Positions 29,581-42,036 of a DNA stretch of 43,307 nucleotides are shown here, one piece after another (position 1 is the first letter of the stretch; each line of letters opens with the position of its first letter). The DNA is from Catajapyx aquilonaris. Its lineage: Eukaryota. Where the stretch lies: assembly GCA_000934665.2 (NCBI GenBank), contig JYFJ02003380.1, positions 1-43,307 of the forward strand, written 5' to 3'. The translations under genes and the position numbers were made by a program. Below the pieces are notes generated by a model, which saw nothing but the letters and a program-made list of their open reading frames with translations, was not told the DNA's origin and made no database searches.

Positions 29581-29655
29581 ACTCTTCTATTCCTAGTTTG
29601 AGCCAGGTGGTACAGTAGGTACGTACCACCTGGCTCAAACTAGGAATAGAAGAGT
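29581..29655. repeat. Perfect hairpin with 33-bp arms and a 9-nt spacer
   Basis: ACTCTTCTATTCCTAGTTTGAGCCAGGTGGTAC (29581-29613) and its exact reverse complement (29623-29655). Confidence 0.95.
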
Positions 29656-30039
29656 TTGAGGTTTGAGACATACACTGTGCATGGTCAGATAAAGCGCCAC
29701 TTTCCACATGCAGCCTACCATGACAGGAAATAACCAGTGGTTGGATTTCAGGTTGAATCGGTTGGATTCACCTGGAAGGTGTAGCAGTTTACCATCATTT
29801 ATTGGCGTACAGTACTGTACCTTGGCCCAAAGCCTATACTGTATGCAGATTCAAAACCACCGCTTCATGCACGAGTGCCATAAGACTGTTCAGTGAATAA
29901 ACATAAAGTGTCCGGTTATGCGACATGAAGAGGCCGGTCGTCCAAGTGAACGTGTGAGATGGACTTGTTGGCACACTTGAAACACTTTTTAAAATTATGT
30001 TTGGGCGGTGGGTGTGTGGTGTGGTTGGCACCCCTGCGG

Positions 30040-30275
30040 TATGAGTCCGTAGGCCATCTTGAAAAGTGCAAAGGCGGGTTTTGCTTTTGTTGGTTCCCGC
30101 CTGGGCGTCGCGCCTCTCTCTCTCCCTCTCCAACCCCGGGAAGGCTCACCGCCGCCGACGGACGCCTCCCTCCCACCGACCTGTGCCCCTGCCTCCCTGG
30201 CCCCCACCCGCAGCAAGGGCGCCTGAAGCCGGGGCCACACCACACCCCTCATGTGTCCTGGAGCCGCCCTGGTGG
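30040..30275 (+). promoter_or_regulatory. Putative ATAD5 promoter and first exon (CpG-rich, E2F-like sites)
   Basis: CpG-rich stretch with GGCGGG at 30073 and TTCCCGCC at 30094-30101. Candidate donors at 30272 (GTGGGT) and 30276 (GTAGGC). Acceptor TTTTTTAG ends at 30835, upstream of the ATG at 30850. Confidence 0.5.
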
Positions 30276-30849
30276 GTAGGCTTGGGTCCCTCCAACCCAC
30301 CGCGAACAGTGCTGGGACCGTTTCGTGGGCTGGCTGCCTGGACACGTGCACCGACCATACGCGGGAAGGAGGTTCAACTCGCTATGGGATGTGAGAAGAG
30401 CATCGTTGCAGGGGAACACACACATTGATTCTACACAGGTCTGGGAGGATTTTCGGATACCAGGATCTGTGCATGCCAGCATCAGATGAAATACTTGTTG
30501 TTTTTATTATAACCAAATCTGAGGGGAGTCCCGCGAGGCAAACATTTGCTTGTCAGTGGCCCACACAGGACATTCACAGCCAATAGTGTAGGGAATAGTT
30601 GGAATTTTTCCTGTTTGTGCATGCTTTACTTTCATCTGACATGCAAATGGACGCTTAGAATTTTGTTATCAAAAATGGATAGCAGGAGTCAACAACTTTT
30701 GAAATTAATATTGATCATGCATCTGACCCCTATAAATGACAGGAGGCTTTTTGTAATAATAATCACAACTAATACTTTAGGATGACACTGCTTTGTTACC
30801 AATTTTTGAGAACTAATGGTCCAATTGTTTTTTAGCAACTTGGTCCATC

Positions 30850-33800
30850 ATGAAGGACCTAACCCACTACTTCAGGCCGCCACAGCCTGAACCCAGCCAA
30901 GAATCTCCAGTCCCAGAAACTCCAGATCCGGTTAGGAAGCACAACCTGCTTGACTACTTCCAGCGTGACAAAAGTGATGTCAAACTTGTTAATGGTTCTG
31001 CTGTTCAACCTGGGACAAGCAGAGCAAGTGCTCCTGAGGAAGTGAAACCAACTCGCAAACGTGGGAGGCCCAAGAAATGTTCCTCAGACCCAGATGAATG
31101 TTCACCATCAGGCATCCAGCAGAAGAGAAGCAAATCACAGAGCACAACTCCTACTGAAATGACAGTGGAGGATGAAAATGATTCACCTCGTGCAAGTACA
31201 ATTCAAGATTATTTTAAGCAGGTGCCAACCGAGGAGGAACCAAGTGCATCAAAGTCTGACGGGGGGCAAAGGAAAGGGTCAGACGGGACATTAGAGGCAT
31301 TGAAAAAGAGCACTGGCCAAGAAGAATGTACAAAAGAAGAGCCAAAGTCACTTGTTGTAAAGTCAAAGGGGGAGTTAAAGATGATGGAGGTTAATAAGAA
31401 GGAAGGAGATGATTTGGATGATGTCAGGCGAAGCAGGCGATTGTCGATGAAACAGTCAGGTGAGAAAATATTAAGTGTGTTTTTCCTTGTCGTTTATATA
31501 TTTGGTGTGTATATTTGGTCCCGAAGCTGGAAATGATTATATGAGAAGCTAGATTGCACATTTTGTGGCTGTTGAACCCGCTGGTAGATTGAATTTTCAA
31601 CTGAATTCTCTTCCAGTGAAGGCTCCAGCTGTGCAAAATGATTCCGACACATTGATCTCTGATCCAGTTCATTTTCTTGTAGCCGGTAATGAAAATATTG
31701 CCTGATTTGAGCGAACACTGAAAATAAATGGAGAATTCTTTTAGCAAAGAATCCCTGTGCATAACACATCTCTCTCAAAGAAAAATGTCAGAAGTGTAGT
31801 AGACCTTAAACAACGTGAAAGTGAGTTTGACAGAAGTACGTCATTTTTATATACACAGACTGCTTGTGTATCCATCCACTGGCAAGGATCAAATTTTGAT
31901 ATTTTTGGCTTCACTAGGATGAATTCACATGTGAACTGGTATTCTACAGGCAGCTCCCGACTTTCATAGATTTATGTAGATTTGGACAAATATAGTATAT
32001 TTTAAAAATTTCCAACATGTGCGAAAAAGCTGAGTAATTTACAGAACAAACTCTTTATAATGCCACCAATTGCAAGCATACACGTTGAATTTTGTCGTGT
32101 GGCAACTGAACCTGCTCATTGAGACTCATTTCCTCACTCTTTGCCCATTATTGACATTTGCGACGTGCTTCTCAGCTTTCCCTATTACAACATTCCCAAT
32201 ATACTGTATTGAATTATGCAGTGACACCAGTATTGATGCAATAGCAACAGGTTGGGCGGAATGCAGACATGAAATCAACATTGAAAACTGGTTGTAGGAT
32301 CAAACTGATGTCTCAGACCATATATTGATATTTAACAGATGTCATAACATGTGAAAGAGATAGAGAAAGCTCATGTAATGAAAGACAATCTCGACAGACA
32401 AAAATGCGATATCATGTAGGCCCTATCTGCCTTGGAAATTTCCATGGGAAAGCTGTCACACCAGAGTCATTGAGAGTCGTCGAAACTTGTCATGCTTCTT
32501 TTAAACGTAGTCCTTGGAAACATCAATATCACATGGCATGTTTGTGTTAGCATTACCATCGAAAATCTGGTGGGCAGAATATACAGGGTGACTGGAAACT
32601 TGCGCCAAATCGCCAGGTAGACTGATAGTACTTGTAAAACTAATATAGGGATGTGCAATTAGTTTTGGGCTCCGTTGCGTAGTTAATGTGTACGGCGGCG
32701 TAAAAGTTTCGTGATGTCACATCCATTCCGCCTGCTTCTAAGAAGCAGAAGTCAGTTTGTGGGGCTCCCGTCCCTTCCCTTGGTCCCTTAACACATTGTC
32801 CATGTGCAAAAGGTGATCAAATCCGCGTCAGAGTAAGAATCCGGGTATGACACCCGTGCACTCTGTCGTCTTTACCTCATATTGTACCATCTGGCCTTCT
32901 ACCCTTAAGAGCGCCGTACGCATTAACTACGCAACGGAGCCAAAAACTGATTGCACATCCCTAAATTAGTTTTGCGAGTACTATCAGTCTACCTGGCGAT
33001 TTGGCACGAGTTTCCCTTCACCCTGTATATCCAATATCCATACAATTCCAATGACTTTTATGGTCGTACTTGGAGGCCTTTTGCACATGTTATAGGTGTC
33101 GCTGTTGCAGCTGGGAGTACAGAATGCTGTGTGATAAGATGGGTTCCGAATTACATACAAATTTGACTTGAGTATGATATCAAATAATCCACTTCTTGTC
33201 AGAGACTGGCTGTAGCATGATATTCCGGTACATATTTTAAATCTAAACTTTTTTTCATAGTGTTGTTTGCTAATGGCATGGTTCCCATTACTGCAGTCTG
33301 GTGCAGTATGTGTAAGATAGAAACTATGACTGTAGTGTTGAGAGCATGGCAGTGCGGTCTTGTAAAAAATATTGCAAAAAGTTGGAAAATTCTATGACAT
33401 ATTTCTCTGCTAATATTTTGTTCTTGTTCCTCTAGTGAGTTACGTGGAAGAGCTGTCTAACTTGGGTTGGGAGAGTGAGGATTCAGCTCTCTCTTCTACA
33501 AACCTGTCTGCCCCCACCAGTGAGCCTTCAGTTTACACGTCCACTGTTCTCTTTGGAGAAAAGGGTGGCCCCTTAAAGATGCGGCTCACGAAAGTTCCGT
33601 CACCCTCTGGGAAAGTGAGCCAAGCCCGGAAGGTGCTGAAGAAAGCTAGGCAGGTGCAGCTAAAGAAAAAAACAGTAGACCAAAACATGGATGAAGATGT
33701 ACAAGTGGTGTGCACTAAAGAGCCTAAAGCCAAGATCAAGCTGGCTCCTGTTTTTATGCGAATCCAAAAGAAGGATCCAGAAAGAGAGAGAGCAAGGAAA

Positions 33801-36800
33801 GAGTTTCTCTCTAGTGGTATTCCTGAGTCATTAAGGAAATTGCTAGAAGCTCAACAAGACCTTGAAGTAGCCGTATGCAATGCTGCCCCATTTCCTGATG
33901 TTACCCATGTCCTCCAGGATGATGACACAGGGGCTGTCCCCAGGACAGATTTGGCCCATCTCTTAAGACCGCCACTGCCACCAGTTGCAGTGGTTGCCAA
34001 AGGGTTAATTCAGCTTGGGATGCTTACTCAGTGTCTAGCAAAATCAGAGCCCACCAGTGATGGCTGGGAGAGAGTCGATTTTCAGAGGAATATGGTTCCA
34101 CCAGAGTTGATGGAAATGCTGAAATGGTGTCGAGAAAAGAAGGAAGGTGGGGGAGATGGTAGTGATGGGAAGAAGGGAAGATCAAAGAAAGGGAGGAAGA
34201 AGGAGGAAGGAGAAAGAAGTGGACTGATGTGGACAGACAAGTATAAACCTTGTGCCGCAAGCCAAATTATTGGTGAGTATACTGTAGTTCAATAGAAGAA
34301 GGTGCATAGCATAAAGAAGAAACCTTAGGCTGGCGTCAAACTTATTTCTCATTATGCAGTGATTATGTGCTTTGTGGGAATTATTATTGTTGTCACAATC
34401 TAGCATTTTAAAATGATAATACATGGGACGGGGAAAAAACTTCGAGTTATTGAAAATTCGAGTTAGAGAAGTTTGGATTTTTTTGAGCACATAACTCTAT
34501 AACGAAACCTACCTTTATATCCAGCGACGAAAGGTGTTCATAACTTGAAAATAACTATCACACTTACAATGCTCCTCATTCTTTTGTTGTGAAAAAATCT
34601 CCGTTGTGGACATTTCGACGCCTAAGGATTATATTGTCGTATGTCTTATGTTAAAACATATGACATACGACAATATAATCCATAGGCGTCGATTTGCCTA
34701 CTCTTAAACTCAAGGATTTGATTTTCACAATCGAGTCAAACACTTCTTTCGGTACGTCTGGTAGACTGAGATCAGGAAATTGAGCCTTTTTGTACATGTG
34801 GCCTACTCTCGACCCTTCGGCTGGGAAAGGAGAAAATTCTCCGTACTCGCCAACATGAACTTCGACTTAGGGAGACTGAAAATGCATTGATATCCCATCG
34901 TAAGGCCCTGCCTGGACTTCGAGTTATAGAAATTCGAGTTAGGGAAGTTTATTTCCTATTATTTTACATTGTGACCAACCGAGCTCATCATTTTCTTCGG
35001 CTTGTAGAGAAGTTCGACTTAAGGAAGTTCGACTTAATGAAGTTTTACTGTAATTGGTATAATATGATATAAACCAGCAGAATTACTAAGTTAGAGACTC
35101 ATCAGTAGAAGCAGAAAAGTTGAGAAGAAAATGGGGTATGCAATATTTGCCATACCTGCTGCCATATTTCCATTTTCTATGAATATAAATTGATCATAGA
35201 GTCACTTCGGGGCTGCCTAATTGCATCTTTATTTTTAAAACTTGTCTATGTTTACGGTTCCAGTTGACATATTTTGCCTGTAACATTAACACAAGTAATT
35301 GCAGCTAAAATCACATGACCTTTCGTTATTAAATTATTGTGTCAACATACTGAAATTTGGGAAAAATGGATGTATAGGACTTTGGATTGTGTCAAGCCCT
35401 ATTGTTATATGCCAGTAACTTAAATGAATCCTGTTTGTGGTATTATTTAAAACTCAATATATTGTGTTGCAGGCAATGAGTCAGTTGTGCAAAAACTGAA
35501 GTCCTGGCTTGAAGAGTGGAAGGCCAAAGCTGCAGTGGATTCATCTACTGAAAAAAAATCCAGGAAGACGAAGAAGAAAGGTGGCTCTGCCTCTAAGAAG
35601 TATAAAGATGACAGCAGTGACTTTGAAAGTTCTGGATGTGAAGACTCAGATGACTCCTTGGCAGGGGGACTTGCCAACACAAAACTCTTGGTTGGACCAT
35701 GTGGGATTGGCAAGACTGCCACTGTCTATGCACTGGCAAAGGAACTTCACTTTAAGGTACTTGGACCAATGAAGCGTAGCGCTGGTTGCACAACCTGTAG
35801 GAGGGGGTGTGTATCCCTTCAAGACACCACTGACACTGGTTGTAGCAGTAGGAGGATCCCAAGTAGGAGTGAGTTTAGAGCAGTTCATTCACTTGGACCT
35901 TAAAGGTGGTAGGAAGATTTAACAAAAGTTAATAATAGATTAATAGGGTTTGATAATTTTTCCTGGACTTTATATTGCTACTGTTCTTGAAATTAGCCAA
36001 TATTACGTCTTCAGAGGGTAATAAATGTGGGCCCAAAAAAGCTGATTAGTCTAGGTTGGCTCAGGAACAGGTAAAATGATATTGAAGCAATTTTGTGGTG
36101 AAATACAGTGTTTTCTCTGTGCATGAAGGTGCTGGTCTGATGGCCAGTGCGTTTTTAAATAACAATAAAAATATTAAAAGAAAAGGATGGCTCCAAAGCA
36201 CGTAATTAATCTCCATCTGCAGGGGTGTTTATTGTGAATGATAGAAATTTATGCATTTAAATACTGTGATACTTTCCAGGTGCTGGAAGTTAATGCATCT
36301 AGTCGTAGGAATGGGAAACAGGTATTGGCCCAACTTCAGGAAGCTACCAAATCACACAGAGTGGTTAAGACTGCAACACCTGAGAAAAAGAAAGGAAAAG
36401 CGAGTGTCAAAGGATATTTCCAGGCTACCTCCAAGAAGAAGGGTAGGAGAGCAGACGGGGAGACGCACAGCAAGAGTGGAAAGATTTCACTAATTCTTTT
36501 TGAGGATGTGAGTACTGTTCGATACAGGAACTGTTGCACATTTTAATCGTTAATTTAATTACAATACTGCACAAATAATAACTTAACATTTTTAAGCATG
36601 AATGAGTTTGAAGTCATGATATTGAATAAGGACACCTGCAAGTGTTGATTTTCCTATGTAACATGATGCAAGCATGATATAAACAATTTTAGTCAGGAAA
36701 GCTGGACTCTTCCAATTCGGCACTGACATGTAGTTGTCGACAGACACATTTCAACTGACTTACATTTAAGGTGTTGATTTGCATATTGATCTTCTAGGTG

Positions 36801-39800
36801 GACCTTGTGTTCAAGGACCAGGATGACCATTTTCTTAATGCTGTGTCCTCATTCATGGCCAGCACTCAGAGACCTATTATTCTAACATCCAGCAAGCCAA
36901 CTTTTGAGGGTGAACGAATCAAGGGTCAGTTTGAAGTACTCTCCTTTCAAGTACCACCAGCTAAATCCACAGGTACAGTACATTACGTTTATTTTAATAT
37001 GAATAGAATAATATCTTAATCAAGTGGGAATCATCATGGCACCCCTCAAAATCATTACAGCTTTTTGTCACTGACATTATATTGGTGAGATTGCATCCCT
37101 ATGTCCTCAATGGCCTCATAAGAAAGGCCACCCTTTTTGCTTCCTGGGTATAATATTGCAGTACATAAGGGGATAGAATCGTGCACCTCAGGAGTCACAC
37201 CGTATGCACCAAGATCTAACGTGAGCCAACTGCATCTGATCACATTCCTTATCCCAGGGAAACTTCCACCAACCCCAAGTCTGCAGCCAGTTTTCAGTGG
37301 AACACAAGCTCTCATGGGTATACTGGGTCTAAAACATGATGCAGTTCATTTGACATGCTTCTTGCCATTCCGGGCAGTTTATTAATTGTGAATTCCCATC
37401 TTCCCTGTTGTCATGCTATGTGTGTGGGGCAAAGTTTGAGCCAAGGGGGGTAGTCACTTGACAATGAAGCGTAAGCTGGAGGTCCTGAGTGACTATCCCA
37501 TTGCCTTGAACACAGTAGACTCAGCAGGAAAGTAAAGTGCTGTTAGGGCAGTGTCAGTGTGAATGGGCATTTGCACTTACTTGCTGGGATATGCTTGAGA
37601 CACGTGTGTACTTCCCATTACTGCCACTTTTATATCTTATTCCACTCTAGTGCTGTGTAGCATGCAATGAGGTGGCTCTTTGTTCTTCCAGTAATGCCCA
37701 TCCAAGATAAATTTTATTTATTTAGCAATCATTGTTATAATGAAAATATATTGTTTCAAGTGCCAATCAGAATATAATGAGTAAGAATGACATAATACTA
37801 TGTTCTATTCCCACCTAGTAGTAGTGTAGTACTTCTTAAGGCATTTTATTTGAATTCTTAAGTGTCATTTTTAAAACAATGTAATTGATGTACAAAATTG
37901 CAGCAACATATATGCAGACAATATGCTGGGCAGAAGACGTTCATGTTGATAAGTGTGAAATGGAACCATTTGTGGAGCACATGAAAGGGGACATTCGTCA
38001 CTGCATCTTGAGTCTGCAGGCTTGGGTGGCTGCAAGTCATCAGTTGAATGTCAGTTTGGCCCAGGTGTATGGACTAGCCATTGTAAGTTCTGATTATGCC
38101 AGTTGTGGCACAGTGCTGTCAAACTCTCTTCACAGTGACCTTGAATCATGCTTTGCCTTTCCAGGATTCGAACAAAGTGACTTCATTGAGTCTGAGTAAC
38201 ATTTCTTCTCATGAGTGTGACCCTATCATGTGGATTCGTAAGTGGGAAGGAGACATCAGACGTGCTTCCCGTTATCCTCTTCCTGTTGATTCCTGTGATG
38301 CTCCTGCCCTTCCAAAACCTGCCACTTTGCAAAAACTGGAGGCAGCACCACTTCCAACAGCAGACCTGGATGCTGCCTGTGACCTCGACTTACTTACAGC
38401 CCCATTTTTTGAATCTGATGGGAATGACAATGAGCACAGATTGGCACTGGAGATTGGGAAATGGACTGGATCTCAAGTGTTAAGGAGCACTTCAGATTTG
38501 AAGCTGCTTGTTGACAGTCGTGAAGAAGAATGGTAAGCAAGCGAAATGACTTTTGAGCTTGTACCAATGAAAGCAGCGTAGATAATGCCCATATTTAGTA
38601 AATAGAAGCATAATGAAAGCATTTCATATTTCAACTTTGTTGGGACAGAGTGAGTAATACACTGCTGCATTGAGGAGTTGAACACAAAAGTACACAGTCG
38701 AGTGGAGAGTAGTATTGTGGTGATGATCAGAATAGCTTAGGCAGCTTGCATGTGGGAGATGATGCTGCACTGATGCATACGGAAAGTATGTGCCTGGTTA
38801 GCATTATTTCTCCAGGCATCTGGCATACCCTTGAGCAGCATCTACCAGTGAGCATAGCTCTGGAAACTGAACAGTTCATGTGTTTTTTGAAAACTGGATG
38901 CATTCTTTTTGCTCATGTCAGTACAGGACCTCAAAAACTTTGAATGGAATAATCATATGGGTATATTCAACCCTTTGTCTCCTGTGCGGCCATGATGGTT
39001 GCATTATAATGCAGCCAGACAAAATACAGTATATTTTTTACAATTCATTGGTATAACCCCGATGGAAATTTCTTTCACCACAGAACTAGAAGAGTTACCT
39101 AAGGCTACGTTCATCAGTATTTACTCCACTTGTGTGATATTTTTATGGCATGATGTCATAGGCCAAAGGTCTCATTCATTGTAAACAAATGCTTACAGCA
39201 CAAATTGAAATAGGCATAGCTCACTGCCGCATATTTCCCGGTAAGTGGATGTGCAACTGAAAACCATTTAAAAATTCCCGAAATTCTGCTACTTTTCACT
39301 GGGGAAAAAATCAGAGTGATCTGTCAAGTAAGTGGCTTCACTCCTAATTGGCTGGGCGGACTGCTCCGAGCTCTAGGCAGTGGCAGCTTGCCACCTGAGC
39401 CTTTTTTTTTTGCACCTGGTGACTCACATTACCTCCGTTTAAATGAGACATTTAAAATTTTTGAAAAGGACACTTACGATTTTCATAATTTATTAGAGGG
39501 AGTGGGCAATCATATAGAATTATCTTGGATTATTACGAGGGGTGGAAGCTGCCTTTTAAAAAACCAGCGTAGATGTCGCAATAGGATGATGTCACCTCTA
39601 GTGCATAGCATATGAGGCGGTATATGGCTCTCTCAATATGCAACTCGGGTTTGTAGGTCTCCAACGCTTCAGCCCCCTCTTGTGCATGAATTGAGAGCGA
39701 AACCAATGGTGCCAGATCCAGTGATCTTTACTTAGGGCGCTATTTTTAAACCCTCACCCAAAGAGTGCAAAACCAAGCAGGAGACAAAGGGTTAATGATA

Positions 39801-40240
39801 AAATAGTCTGCTCCCAACCAATGATCAAGTAATTGGGCGAAAGTCACAAATTAATCTGGTTACTGATGATAAAAGATATTTAGATGTTTCTACTCACAGG
39901 GCGTGTCACCAATGTGTGATTTAGCTACCTCTGAGCTAACAGTCAGTTAAATTTTTGGCATATGTCCTGTATTTGAATACCCTTCTTTTTCAGTTGGCAT
40001 CACCAGTCCGGCACATCATCTAGTCAGGCAACATCCTTCTTGCCATCAGGGTCTCAGTTGAACAGACGGAATGTAGCATGTGACTACCTTCCTGCACTGA
40101 GGTCAATATGTCGCCTGGAGGAAAATAGGCTGGTTACCAAGCGCAAGAGAGGAGGCCGTTTCCATCACTACCTCACTGATGCTGACTTCAATCTCTCAAA
40201 GTCAGTTGTGTATGATCTCTGCAACACACTCCTGGATTGA
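30850..40240 (+). CDS. ATAD5: ATPase family AAA domain-containing protein 5 (Elg1, PCNA unloader), 8 coding exons: 30850-31459, 33436-34272, 35473-35756, 36280-36507, 36798-36972, 37904-38082 (or 38064), 38165-38532, 39994-40240; about 975 aa
   Basis: RFC-like motifs LMWTDKYKP, Walker A GPCGIGKT, VLEVNASSRRNG, Walker B LILFED|VD, RPIILTS, GDIRHCILSLQ and the C-terminal DYLPALRSICRLE...RFHHYL. All introns are GT-AG and phase-consistent. AATAAA at 40400-40405. Confidence 0.93.
32584..33025. mobile_element. Tc1/mariner-type MITE with ~115-bp TIRs
   Basis: TA|CAGGGTGACTGGAAACTTGCGCCAAATCGCCAGGTAGACTGATAGTAC... and its reverse complement ending ...TCACCCTG|TA. Confidence 0.9.
34430..35050. mobile_element. 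Tigger/pogo-like element remnant with repeated subterminal motifs
   Basis: Seven TTCGAGTTA/TTCGACTTA motifs and the terminus GAAGTTTTACTG|TA. The left TIR was not found. Confidence 0.6.
34615..34692. repeat. 78-bp near-perfect palindrome
   Basis: 38-bp arms with 2 mismatched pairs and a 2-nt centre. Confidence 0.92.
38971..39791. mobile_element. piggyBac-like non-autonomous element in the last ATAD5 intron
   Basis: Perfect 14-bp TIR CCCTTTGTCTCCTG / CAGGAGACAAAGGG, flanked by TCAA (left) and TTAA (right). Confidence 0.8.
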
Positions 40241-40512
40241 ACTTGATTTACAGGTGCTCGTCACCACATAAATTATGCAACCACACTTTAAATTGCATTT
40301 TAATACCTGATTTTATGTGCTTATTTATTGTTATACGGAAAGTACTGTACACGTTGATACATGTGACTGTTATTGACGTTGTGAAAGTGTAAATTGTGCA
40401 ATAAAAGTAATTGTCATGGAAGAAGTGGCCTTGACTGTTACAGGGCCTGTCCGGAGAGGAGGTAATGGTACTTCTGATCGAAAATAATGACAATAATGGA
40501 TTCGAAAGAAAG

Positions 40513-40604
40513 ATCGATAAAAAAATAATAATCGGAGAATCGATACTTGGCTGCATGGAATATCGATACTGGAGAGCTGTCTGCTGTAGAATCCAAAGAT
40601 GGCG
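40513..40604 (+). promoter_or_regulatory. TXN2 promoter with a DRE cluster and a YY1-like motif at the start codon
   Basis: ATCGATA at 40513 and 40539, perfect TATCGATA at 40561-40568, and AAGATGGCG spanning the ATG at 40599. Confidence 0.6.
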
Positions 40605-41034
40605 ACCGTGATGATGGCTGCGCTCGTTCGAAGTGCGACCAGATCCGCACTTCCATGGGTCCCCAGGGCCGGACTGCGCACGTCGGCACCGGCGATGGAG
40701 ACCTTCACCGTCCAAGACAAGGATGACTTCAAGTTCCGGGTCCTGCAGAACAAGAGGGCCGTCCTCGTTGACTTCCACGCATCGTAAATTTCGATTGCAT
40801 CATTCCATTTTCAAATCTCGGTGCTGATGCATCTGGAGGGGTGCCAAAAGGGACATGGTTTTAAAAATATACGCCCTTTCTTCCCCCGCTCTCTCTGCGT
40901 GCAGGTGGTGTGGCCCATGCAAGATGCTTGGCCCCCGTCTAGAGGCCGAGGTGGCCACCAGGAAGGAGAGGGTCCACCTGGCCAAAGTGGACATTGATGT
41001 CAGCGAATTGTCAGAACTTGCCATGAAATACGAG
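40599..41034 (+). CDS. TXN2: Mitochondrial thioredoxin (Trx2), exons 40599-40783 and 40905-41034; final exon not found in the window
   Basis: An Arg/Ala/Ser-rich presequence is followed by [40 protein letters not shown]...LAKVDID...LAMKYE. The phase-2 intron 40784-40904 restores the WCGPC active site. Confidence 0.93.
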
Positions 41035-41665
41035 GTAATGGTTCAAAAGGGGCCTGGCTTACATGCATATCATGTGGGTCCGGTGAAGTCATCTTGTATT
41101 GTTTCAAGGGTCATGTCACATTGACCATTCACCTTGACGAGTAAAAACTGCAAGGTGGCAGGTGTAGTGTATGGGGTAATGTAGATATGTCACGAGTGTA
41201 GTGTAATGTCAAGAGCTTTCTCCAATCTGAATATGCACCAGATCATTCACGAAATTAACAAATGCAGTGCTTACATGGGTGTTACATCAGGGATCCAACA
41301 GACCATGAATTAATAGATGTATTGATTTATTTTCATTGCAGATGTGTACATGTGTTACAATAAGGGCCGTAGAATGAACAGTCTGGTATCCAATCTCTTT
41401 GACGGTTGTTCTTGGTTACCCATTACGCACTGGAGGGGAGCAGAGGTAACTTATCCATGGAGTTATTTGCAACATGTTAAATGATGCATAAACATGGTAG
41501 TTATTCTTGGGTAAGTTATCTCTGCTGTGGTAATGTCAAGAGTAAACTGTCCAAGATGATAGTTAAGCAGGCAGTGCATTCCAAGGACATAAATCTTTAA
41601 ATTAAAGGAAGGAAACCATAACAGATTGGATTTCTCAATTTCATAAATGTGGTAAGGTCCCCATA

Positions 41666-41722
41666 ACTTTTGGGACACCATGTTCAAAAACTGTACGTTT
41701 TTGAACATGGTGTCCCAAAAGT
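41666..41722. repeat. Perfect hairpin with 26-bp arms and a 5-nt spacer
   Basis: ACTTTTGGGACACCATGTTCAAAAAC-TGTAC-GTTTTTGAACATGGTGTCCCAAAAGT. Confidence 0.95.
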
Positions 41723-42036
41723 AAGTTCCAGTCAGGAGAAGTTAATCATGTTGTAGATTTTCCGCATGTCTTCTTGCTGCTCAATTTGGTGTAAAAAGAT
41801 TAACAACTTCCTGTGCTTTAGGTACAGGGTATGGAGAGTAGCTCTGACATGCTTGTTATTAGTGGAACAGACAGGATAGCCATCGATGACCAGATACACG
41901 CACCTAGCCATCTCAAATGACCTATAAAATGAAAACTCTGGTGACTGGTTAGGAACATAAGGAGTATAGAATGGCTGTAGTGATGAGATCAATGATGTGA
42001 ATACCATACAGAATACACAATCATACAGTGTAAATA

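Noticed and set aside
30030..30055. Minus-strand GCCTACGGACTCATACC resembling the start of 5S rRNA
   Set aside because: The similarity ends after ~16 nt and there is no internal control region.
38096..38199. Apparent frameshift or overlapping ORFs in ATAD5
   Set aside because: A short phase-0 intron ending at 38164 explains it.
40782..40787. Apparent premature stop in TXN2 just before the active site
   Set aside because: The TAA lies within the GT-AG intron 40784-40904, and splicing restores FHASWCGPC.
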